Assembly: GCA_044344255.1 (NCBI GenBank)
Contig: JBIJDH010000005.1
Span: 256,001 to 320,000, forward strand
Length of the DNA: 64,000 nt
Source of the DNA: Myxococcota bacterium
GTDB taxonomy: Bacteria; Myxococcota_A; UBA796; UBA2385
Reading direction: 5' to 3'
Shown: piece by piece, positions 22,639 to 31,036 of the stretch
How positions within the stretch are numbered: the stretch's first letter is position 1
How the letters are laid out: each line of letters begins with the position of its first letter
The notes under the pieces: generated by a model
Told to the model about the DNA's origin: nothing
What the model saw: only the letters and a program-made list of their open reading frames with translations
The model's database searches: none
Position numbers and translations under genes: made by a program

Positions 22639-23829
22639 ATGCCCGCCCTCAGCCGCCGCTTCTTCAACACCGCCGGCCCCTGTCGGGCAGAGGATCATTA
22701 CATGCTCCCGCCGCTGCGGCGGCTGCCGGAGCTGCAGCGCCTCGTGGCGGAGCGCCAGTTCTACTCGCTACACGCGGCGCGACAGACTGGAAAGACCACG
22801 GCGATGCTGGCCTTCGCCGAGGAGCTCCGCACGAATGGCGCGGTCGCCCTTCACACATCCCTCGAGACCGCGCGCCAGACCCCCGCCGTCGAGGCGGCTG
22901 AACCGCGTTGGCTTCGAGCGATCTTCGACAGCGCGCGGTGGGCCCTCGTGCCCGGCGAGCGCCCCCCTCCGCTCGCCGAGGTCCTCGGCGGAGAGCCTGG
23001 CACGAGGCTCGGCACCTATCTGAGCGATTGGGCGGCGGCCCTCCACCCTCGCCCGCTGGTGCTCCTGTTCGACGAGGTGGACTGCGTCGAGGGTGAGGCG
23101 ATGGTGAGCCTCCTCGGTCAGCTTCGGGCCGGGTTCTCCCTTCGCCCGAGGGCCTTCCCCTCCTCCATCGCCCTCATCGGCATGCGCGACCCGAAGGACT
23201 ACCTTGTGGAGTCCAAGGGTGGAGCGCCGCCAAACCCCGGCTCCCCCTTCAACATCAAGGCGGCCTCTCTCACGTTGTCGAGCTTCACCCTCGAGGACGT
23301 GGCCGAGCTGTATGGGCAGCACGCGGGCGACACCGGCCAGCCCTTCACCGACGCCGCGATCGATCGGGCCTATCAGCTCAGCCAGGGGCAGCCCTTCCTG
23401 GTCAACGCGCTGGCCTATCACCTGACCCGGGAGCAGCCTGTCCCGACGCCCACCCCGATCACGGCGGCGGACATCGACCGCGCGAAGGAGCACCTCGTCC
23501 GCGCCCGCACCACCCATCTGGACAACCTGTCCCACCGCCTCTACGAGCCACGTGTGGCCGCGATCCTCCGGCCGATCCTGATGGGAGACCCTGTCCCCTC
23601 GGGCCGGGACGAAGACGTCGAATATTCGATTGACCTCGGCCTCATCCGACGGGAGTCGGGCGGCCTCGCGCTGGCGAACCCGATCTATCGGGAGGTGCTG
23701 CCGCGGGCCCTCTCGGCGACCCGGGAGATGTCGCTCGCCGATCCGTGGTGGCCCTGGCGCAGGGCGGGCGGGGGGCTCGATCTCCCCGCCCTGATCGATG
23801 CCCCTTCAGACGACGATCCCGCGGGGTAA
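22639..23829 (+). pseudogene. AAA-like (AAA_35-type) ATPase, apparently C-terminally truncated
   Basis: 'RFFNTAGPC', Walker A 'AARQTGKTT', Walker B 'LLFDEVD', 'SPFNIK', 'NPIYREV'. Family-like sequence stops after 'LDLPALIDA', followed by a short unrelated tail. Confidence 0.6.
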
Positions 23830-23845
23830 TATGTGGGTATGGAGG
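23827..23845 (+). promoter_or_regulatory. Putative -10 element (TAATAT) and RBS (GGAGG) of the TA operon
   Basis: TAATAT at 23827-23832, which also supplies the ATPase TAA stop; GGAGG at 23841-23845 upstream of ATG 23851. Confidence 0.45.
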
Positions 23846-23850
23846 TGCCC

Positions 23851-24099
23851 ATGGAGCTCGACCACCGAACCACCATCCTTCTCCCGCCTGGCGTACATCG
23901 GCGGCTCCAGCGCATCGCCGCGCGTCGCGGCACCAGCATGGGGGCCCTCATCCGTGAGGCCATCGAGAAGCAGTACGCGAGCGACGACGTCGAGCTGCGC
24001 CTCGACGCGCTCAAGGCCCTCTCCGAGCTCTCGCTGCCCGTGAGCAGCGTGGAGGGGATGAAGCGGGAGAGCGTCGAGCCGCCGATGGAGCTCCCTTGA
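23851..24099 (+). CDS. CopG/RHH-family antitoxin (VapB-like)
   Basis: 'RTTILL....HRRL..IA..RGTSMGALIREAI' ribbon-helix-helix; overlaps the PIN gene. Confidence 0.8.
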   Translation: MELDHRTTILLPPGVHRRLQRIAARRGTSMGALIREAIEKQYASDDVELRLDALKALSELSLPVSSVEGMKRESVEPPMELP

Positions 24100-24509
24100 T
24101 CCTCATCGACACGAACGTCTTCATGTACGTCGCGGGTCGTGAGCACCCGCACCGGGCGCCGAGCCGGCTCTTCTTGGAGCGCGTGGTGAAGGGTGAGATC
24201 TCCGCGGTCATTGACGCGGAGGTGCTCCAGGAGATCCTCCACCGCTACCGGGCCGTCGGGCGGTGGGAGGATGGGCGACGCGTCTACGACCTCGTCCGGA
24301 CCGTGGTCCCCGACGTGCTCGATGTGGGCGCCGAGATGATAGACCGCGCCCGCGCCCTGATGGAGCAGTACCCTGCGCTCCTTGCCCGGGACGCTGTCCA
24401 TGCGGCGGCGGTGATAGAGATCGGCGCCGAGGCCCTCTGCACCTGGGACAAGGACTTCGCGGTCATCCGCGAGATTCGGGTCGTCCAGCCCACCGAGCTG
24501 CTCGGATAG
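24096..24509 (+). CDS. vapC: PIN-domain toxin, VapC family
   Basis: 'ILIDTNVF', 'EVLQE', 'RDAVHAA', 'TWDKDF' acidic PIN motifs; TTG start coupled to the antitoxin stop. Confidence 0.9.
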   Translation: MILIDTNVFMYVAGREHPHRAPSRLFLERVVKGEISAVIDAEVLQEILHRYRAVGRWEDGRRVYDLVRTVVPDVLDVGAEMIDRARALMEQYPALLARDAVHAAAVIEIGAEALCTWDKDFAVIREIRVVQPTELLG

Positions 24510-24575
24510 AGGGTGGCCTCGCCCCGCTTTCGACCACCGGCGAGCCACTCTGCGTCCCCACTGCGTCCCCCACTG

Positions 24576-24630
24576 CGTCCCCCTCCGCCGCCGCTGCGGC
24601 GGCACCTCCCCCATAAGATGGGGGAGGATG
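24576..24630 (-). repeat. Palindromic REP-like element, inverted copy
   Basis: Reverse complement reads CCTCCCCCATCTTATGGGGGAGGTGCCGCCGCAGCGGCGGCGGAGGGGGACG, matching the copies at 24685 and 27218. Confidence 0.85.
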
Positions 24631-24684
24631 TTCGAGTTGATTCGATAGGTAGTAGGCGCGTTCGGGTGTGTCGCTCTTCACGAT

Positions 24685-24737
24685 TGTCCTCCCCCATCAT
24701 ATGGGGGAGGTGGCGCTCTGAGCGCCGGAGGGGGACG
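24685..24737 (+). repeat. Palindromic REP-like element opening tandem unit 1
   Basis: CCTCCCCCAT-CAT-ATGGGGGAGG hairpin followed by GGCGCT-CTG-AGCGCC hairpin and GAGGGGG. Confidence 0.85.
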
Positions 24738-26025
24738 CTGGGAGGCGCCCCGAATCGCGGTGAGTGAGCGTAGTCGCGGCCCGGTATGTAGAGGTAAGAT
24801 CGCGCCCCGGGATCTCTCGGGCCCGATGAGATAGTCTCGGCCGCCGAGGCCCGCACCATGACCGATCGCATCCGCTGGATCCAAGACGGGAGGGCGATGG
24901 ACCTCACGCTGGTCGGCCGCCTCCTCGCGCCCGAGTCGGTGGCGGGAGACGCGCACTGTCGGATTGGCGGTCAGGCGCACCTGTACCGGGTGCGGACGCC
25001 GACGGGCGAGGTCCGCGCGTGTAAGCTCGCGATCGACCCCGAGAACAACAGCCTGCTTCGTCGCGAGCACGACCACTACCAGCGCCTGCACCGGGACAGC
25101 GCGCGGGCCGCGGAGTGGCTGCTCCGCTGCCATGGGCAGGGAGAGCACGGGGGCCGCGCCTTCCTCGTGCTCGACTGGGTCGAGCAGAGCCTGCGGGACC
25201 GCTTCCCGACCGCCTCTGGCGCCCAGAACCTCGCGTCCGGCCCGGGCCCTACCCTCCGGGAGCGCCTCCGCTGGGCGGCGGCGGCCTGTGACACGATCGC
25301 GGCCTTCCACGCCGCAGCGGGCTCGACGATCATCCACCAGGACATCAAGCCGGGGAACTTCCTCGTCGCTGCCGAAGATCCCCCGCGCCTCCTGCTCTCC
25401 GATCTCGCCGGTAGCCGCGGCCTCCTTCGCAAGACCAATGGCCGCTCGACCACGCGCCCCGGCGCGGTGACGGAGGGCTACGCGCCGCCGGAGCTGGAGC
25501 TGCCCCAGGGCGTCCGCCGGCCCACCGTGCAGGTAGACCGCTTCTCACTGGCGGTGACGGTGTACGAGGTCGTGACCGGCCAGCGCCCGCTCAAGGCGGG
25601 CCTCAGCGGGGCCTTCAGCTCGGACGGCAAGCGCCTTCACGAGCTGCACAAGGAGGTGGTGCTGGGGGAGGGTCTGCCGAACGAGGAGGAGGAGGAGTAC
25701 CGGGTGCTCGGTGAGCGGGCCCTCCCCGAGCTGCTGCACATCAAGGGGACGCTGCTCGGCCCGCGCTTCGGGGAGCACCTCGTGCGGGCCTTCGGCGAAG
25801 GAGCCGAGGCCGAGCGGCGGGCGAAGCGCCTCGGCGACAAGCTGAAGGAGGCCCTCGCGGTGTCCCCGGAGGACCGGCGGGTGTCCCCGGACTCGCTGGC
25901 CGATCTCTGTCGGGACCTCGCCGACGCGGTGGGGGTCGAGCCCCCGAAGGTGGTGGAGGCGCCGCGGCCGCGCCCACTGCCGAGGCCGAATCAGGCGGGC
26001 TCAGTGGGGGTGCGCCGGGGGCCGC
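24685..26025 (+). repeat. Direct repeat copy 1 (1341 bp; REP + upstream region + kinase domain)
   Basis: Matches 27218-28558 at constant offset 2533. Only 3 mismatches noticed, all in REP loops; several alternative-frame ORFs in the track are identical between the copies. Confidence 0.95.
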
Positions 26026-27131
26026 CCTCGCCCGTGGAAGGGGCGGCGCCCTCTCCCGTTTCTTTGGATGCCGACGAGACGCCTGCAGCGGGGCCGGAGC
26101 CCCGGGAGTCTACGTGGGTCGCTCCGGAGGAGAGCCCGGCCCCAACACAGCCGCCCACCTATTCACCGCCGCCGCCGCCGCCGCCGCCGCCGGAGAACGC
26201 GCCGCGTCGTCCCTCGAACGACAAAGGTGAGGTGCCGCAAACGCAGGAGGGGCGCCCTGTCGGGGCCTCCGCTTCTGGCATCGGCGGCTCCGCGCTCTTG
26301 GGCGCCCTGGCGGCCTTTGCCGCGGTGGCGGGGTTGATCGTGTGGGCTTTGGGCGCGAGCGCCCCCTCTGGCGCGGAGGGGGACCTCACCTGGGTGACGG
26401 TGCCCGCCGGCGAGGGTGTTATCGGCGATGATGGTACCTTCGACGTGCAAAGCGACGAAAAACCGCGATTCCGGGTGAAGTTTGCGCGGTCTTTCAAGAT
26501 GTTGGAGACGGAGGTCACTAACCGACAGTACGCGGCGAAGAACCCAGACCACAGCCCGGTGGATGACAAGCCTGTCGTCAGTGTCAATTGGAATGATGCC
26601 AGGGCGTATTGTGCCGCGATTGGCGCGAGGCTGCCGACGGAGCTCGAGTGGGAGTTCGCCGTGCGGGCCGGCGGTGAGGGCGCGTACGGCCTCGGCGCAG
26701 AGGGCGTAGAGGTTACGGAGACCAACCTCCAGAGCTACGCTTGGTTGACGACCAACTCTGGCTAGAGGGTGCACGATGTGAGGCAGAAGAAGGCCAACGC
26801 CTGGGGCCTCTATGACCTCTGGGGTAACGTCTGGGAGTGGGTTGAGGATGGGTACTCGAAAAGAGCCTGGGCGGCGCTGTCGGCCGCAGGGACGTTGTTG
26901 ACCACTGGAGCGCGCTTGGTGACAGATCCACGCGTTGTTGACACGATTGATGACGAGGATGCGAACACGCCCCCCGCCCTCCGTGTCTTCCGCGGGGGCT
27001 CCGCCTGGTTCGGGCCCACATGGTTGCGCTCAGGGTACCGGCGCTGGGACGCGCCCGCGGTCTCGGACGCGAACCTCGGTTTTCGTTGCGTCTCGGCCCC
27101 CGCGCCCCGGCCCTTGAACCTTGCGCCTTGA
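24858..27131 (+). pseudogene. Ser/Thr kinase-Pro-rich linker-TM-FGE-sulfatase (SUMF1/CLec) protein, copy 1, interrupted by in-frame TAG at 26763-26765
   Basis: Kinase 'GGQAHLY', 'ACK', 'HQDIKPGN', 'GYAPPE'; TM; FGE 'TEVTN.QY', 'PVVSVNW', 'RLPTELEWE', then after TAG in the same frame '[15 protein letters not shown]', 'RGGSAW', 'LGFRCV'. Confidence 0.88.
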
Positions 27132-27180
27132 TCCTTGTGGTCTGGCCGGCAGAATGCGTACAGCGCTCGCGGAAATTGTC
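27009..27180 (+). other. Candidate DGR variable region 1 with 3' cis elements
   Basis: 22 codons (27009-27074) hypervariable relative to copy 2; conserved CCTTG-repeat tail 27111-27137 and 20-mer 27161-27180. Confidence 0.6.
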
Positions 27181-27217
27181 ATGAAGGGTCGGCCGGGGGG
27201 ATCCCTGCGGCTGTCCC

Positions 27218-28558
27218 TGTCCTCCCCCATCTTATGGGGGAGGTGGCGCTTTTAGCGCCGGAGGGGGACGCTGGGAGGCGCCCCGAATCGCGGTGAGTGA
27301 GCGTAGTCGCGGCCCGGTATGTAGAGGTAAGATCGCGCCCCGGGATCTCTCGGGCCCGATGAGATAGTCTCGGCCGCCGAGGCCCGCACCATGACCGATC
27401 GCATCCGCTGGATCCAAGACGGGAGGGCGATGGACCTCACGCTGGTCGGCCGCCTCCTCGCGCCCGAGTCGGTGGCGGGAGACGCGCACTGTCGGATTGG
27501 CGGTCAGGCGCACCTGTACCGGGTGCGGACGCCGACGGGCGAGGTCCGCGCGTGTAAGCTCGCGATCGACCCCGAGAACAACAGCCTGCTTCGTCGCGAG
27601 CACGACCACTACCAGCGCCTGCACCGGGACAGCGCGCGGGCCGCGGAGTGGCTGCTCCGCTGCCATGGGCAGGGAGAGCACGGGGGCCGCGCCTTCCTCG
27701 TGCTCGACTGGGTCGAGCAGAGCCTGCGGGACCGCTTCCCGACCGCCTCTGGCGCCCAGAACCTCGCGTCCGGCCCGGGCCCTACCCTCCGGGAGCGCCT
27801 CCGCTGGGCGGCGGCGGCCTGTGACACGATCGCGGCCTTCCACGCCGCAGCGGGCTCGACGATCATCCACCAGGACATCAAGCCGGGGAACTTCCTCGTC
27901 GCTGCCGAAGATCCCCCGCGCCTCCTGCTCTCCGATCTCGCCGGTAGCCGCGGCCTCCTTCGCAAGACCAATGGCCGCTCGACCACGCGCCCCGGCGCGG
28001 TGACGGAGGGCTACGCGCCGCCGGAGCTGGAGCTGCCCCAGGGCGTCCGCCGGCCCACCGTGCAGGTAGACCGCTTCTCACTGGCGGTGACGGTGTACGA
28101 GGTCGTGACCGGCCAGCGCCCGCTCAAGGCGGGCCTCAGCGGGGCCTTCAGCTCGGACGGCAAGCGCCTTCACGAGCTGCACAAGGAGGTGGTGCTGGGG
28201 GAGGGTCTGCCGAACGAGGAGGAGGAGGAGTACCGGGTGCTCGGTGAGCGGGCCCTCCCCGAGCTGCTGCACATCAAGGGGACGCTGCTCGGCCCGCGCT
28301 TCGGGGAGCACCTCGTGCGGGCCTTCGGCGAAGGAGCCGAGGCCGAGCGGCGGGCGAAGCGCCTCGGCGACAAGCTGAAGGAGGCCCTCGCGGTGTCCCC
28401 GGAGGACCGGCGGGTGTCCCCGGACTCGCTGGCCGATCTCTGTCGGGACCTCGCCGACGCGGTGGGGGTCGAGCCCCCGAAGGTGGTGGAGGCGCCGCGG
28501 CCGCGCCCACTGCCGAGGCCGAATCAGGCGGGCTCAGTGGGGGTGCGCCGGGGGCCGC
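27218..28558 (+). repeat. Direct repeat copy 2 (1341 bp), starting with a REP-like element
   Basis: Matches 24685-26025. Confidence 0.95.
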
Positions 28559-29720
28559 GTCGCCGGTCGCGGAGGCGCCGTTACCCCGGTCGCCGGTGTC
28601 TCCCGGAGTCGCCGCGGCGCCAACTGTGGGGCCAGAGCCGCAGGATTCCGCGTGGGTCGCGCCGGAGGAGAGCCCGACCCCCAGGCGACCGCCCGCCGAG
28701 GCGCCGTCGCCTCCCCGTCCGCGCAAGGAAGCGGTCCGGGGCGTACCAAAGACTCCGCCTCGTGCCTTGCCGGACGCCAAGGCGGGGCGGTCCAGTGGCC
28801 TTCCTTGGATGGCAGCCCTCGTCGGCCTGGTGCTCGGGTCAGTGTCGATCATCGGCTGCCTTGGGTTTGTCGGCAGGCAATTGGAGGGCCTATTTGAAGC
28901 GACTGGTGATGCCATCGACCCCAGGCCCGTCTCGTTGGGGAGCGAGGTCCCCCCCTCCGTTGCGGTGGGGAACCTCACCTGGGTGACCGTACCCGCGAGC
29001 GAGGGTGTCATCGGCGATGATGGTACCTCCAACGTGGAAAGCGACGAGAAGCCCCGCTTCCGGGTGAGGTTCACACGGTCCTTCCAGATGCTGGAGACGG
29101 AGGTCACCAACCGACAGTACGCGGCCAAGAACAGCGGCCACAGCCCTGTCAATGACAAGCCTGTCGTCAAGGTCAACTGGAGTGACGCCCAGACGTACTG
29201 TGCCGCGATTGGCGCGAGGCTGCCGACGGAGCTCGAGTGGGAATACGCCGCGCGGGCCGGCGGCGAGGGCGCTTACGGCCTCGGCGCAGGGGGCGTGGAG
29301 GTCACCGAGGCCAACCTTCAGAGCTACGCCTGGTTGACGACCAATTCTGGCGACACAGTGCGGGATGTGAGGCAGAGGGAGCCCAACGCTTGGGGCCTCT
29401 ACGACCTCTGGGGAAACGTCTGGGAGTGGGTGGAGGATGGGTACTCGGGCGAGGCCTGGGCGGCGCTGTCCGCCTCCGGGACCTTGTTGACCAGCGGTGC
29501 CCGTTTGGTGACAGATCCGGGCTTCGTGGCTACGATTGGTGACAATGGTGCGAACACTCCCCCTTCTCACCGTGTATTCCGTGGGGGTTCCGCGTGGGGC
29601 GGGCCCAAGTGGTTGCGCTCGGGCGACCGGCTCAGGAACGAGTCCACGTCCTCGGGCGTGCTCCTCGGTTTTCGTTGCGTTTTGGCCGCTGCGCCCCAGC
29701 CCTTGAACCTTGCGCCTTGA
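27391..29720 (+). pseudogene. Ser/Thr kinase-linker-TM-FGE-sulfatase protein, copy 2, 1-bp frameshift near 28558
   Basis: Kinase frame (27391) and FGE frame (ORF 28596-29720) differ. Adding one base at ~28558 restores G-P-P-S-P-V as in copy 1. Confidence 0.88.
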
Positions 29721-29778
29721 TCCTTGGTGTAGGGGTTGTCCGGCGGGCTGAACGCGCGCAGCGCTCGCGGAAATTGTC
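29598..29778 (+). other. Candidate DGR variable region 2 with 3' cis elements
   Basis: 22 codons 29598-29663; tail 29700-29726 and 20-mer 29759-29778 identical to copy 1. Confidence 0.6.
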
Positions 29779-29815
29779 GTGGATGGTCGTCCGGAAGGAC
29801 CTTCGTAGCTTGCTC

Positions 29816-29970
29816 TGTCCTCCTCAATGTAGGGGGAGGTGGCGCTCTTCGTGCCAGAGGAGTGGGTGCGTGGCCCCTCATCCGGCGCCGATGCGGCGCC
29901 ACCTTCTCCCAGGGGAAGAAGGGAAGGAGCCTCAGCCTCTCCATTAGAGGGGAGGGGATGGCGGTCGGTC
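29816..29970. repeat. Degenerate REP-like palindromic cluster closing unit 2
   Basis: TGTCCTCCTCAATGTAGGGGGAGGTGGCGCTC at 29816, then CCCCTCATCCGGCGCC..GGCGCCACCTTCTCCCAGGGGAAGAAGG and CCTCTCCATTAGAGGGGAGGG. Confidence 0.7.
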
Positions 29971-30126
29971 GCCCCGGAAGCCGAGGGCCGAGTATGCGGG
30001 AGTATGTGGCGCTCCCTCGTCGCTCAGAACCTCCCTTTTCGGACGCTTCGTTCGCCAGCGTCCGGGGGAGCGACCTACCCGGCCCGGGCTCGCCCGGCTT
30101 AGTGTTGAGTCGGGAGGTCACCCACC

Positions 30127-31035
30127 ATGTCTGATTCGCTCCACGATCCGGCCCATAGCTCCATCCTCGACAGCGTCCTCGGCGCCATCCCGGGGCTGGG
30201 CGGCGCCTCCGAGCGGGAGGAGGCCCGCGCGGAGGCGCAGGCCATGCTCGCGGAGCTGCGGGCCGAGCGGGCCCTCATCGCCCACGACGCCGCGGCCGCG
30301 CGGGCGGCCATCGAGGCGGACACGCTGGCGGCGAAGGCGGAGCTCCAGGCGGAGGCGGAGGCCGCTCGGCAGCTCATCGAGGCGGAGCGGGTCGCCGTCA
30401 CGGCGGAGCTCAACCAGGCTCGGGTCTCCTTTGAGCACGAGCGCGAGCAGGCCCTCGCGGCGCTGCACCACGAGCGCGCCGCCCTCGAGCACAAGGCCGA
30501 GCAGATCGAGCAGCGGGCGACCGAGCTCGAGCAGCGCGGCGCGCACTTTGTGGAAGAGGCGGAGGCGGCGTCCACGCGCCTCCATGAGCAGTCCGAGGCC
30601 GCCCTCCGCAGCGCCGCCGAGCACCTCGATCAGGCCGCCGCGCAGGCCGAGGGGCGCTTGCGGCAGGAGGCCGAGTCAGCGGGGCGTGACCTCGAGGGGC
30701 GGCTGCGGGACCACCTCCACGCGCTCGAGTCCGAGGCGCGCGGGCAGCTCGACCGCCTGGAGCTCGCCGCAGACCAGGGGCGTGGCCTCTTCGAGCGGGT
30801 GGGAGAGGAGCTCCGCGACCGCCTCCACGGCGAGGCGGAGGGCGGCCTCCACCTCCTCCGCGATGGGCACCGACAGGGCAAGGACGAGCTCGACCAGGAG
30901 CGCGGTCGTCTGCGTGACCAGGTCTTCAACCTGCGCGAGGCGGTGCGCGAGGTCGCCGAGCACCTTGTGGCGCAGGTGCCGGTCGTCGGGCACGCGCTCG
31001 CCTCAGCGGCGCACAACATCCACCTGGACGCCTGA
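30127..31035 (+). CDS. Coiled-coil protein with apolipoprotein-like ~11/22-residue periodicity
   Basis: GGAGG RBS; Ala/Glu/Arg/Leu-rich amphipathic helices throughout. Confidence 0.75.
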   Translation: MSDSLHDPAHSSILDSVLGAIPGLGGASEREEARAEAQAMLAELRAERALIAHDAAAARAAIEADTLAAKAELQAEAEAARQLIEAERVAVTAELNQARVSFEHEREQALAALHHERAALEHKAEQIEQRATELEQRGAHFVEEAEAASTRLHEQSEAALRSAAEHLDQAAAQAEGRLRQEAESAGRDLEGRLRDHLHALESEARGQLDRLELAADQGRGLFERVGEELRDRLHGEAEGGLHLLRDGHRQGKDELDQERGRLRDQVFNLREAVREVAEHLVAQVPVVGHALASAAHNIHLDA

Positions 31036-31036
31036 C

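Noticed and set aside
24545..24740. CRISPR array
   Set aside because: Few palindromic copies in mixed orientation, no regular repeat-spacer period, no cas genes.
26763..26765. Pyrrolysine or genome-wide TAG recoding
   Set aside because: TAG terminates ordinary genes here (uvrB, vapC, lon) and no pyl genes are present in the window.
28559..28986. Arg-rich C-terminus of ORF 27391-28986 as a real domain
   Set aside because: Out-of-frame read of the linker after the frameshift.
24510..30126. A complete DGR (RT, Avd, template repeat) in the window
   Set aside because: No RT-like ORF and no AAC-rich third copy of the VR were seen in the spacers or elsewhere; only targets are supportable.
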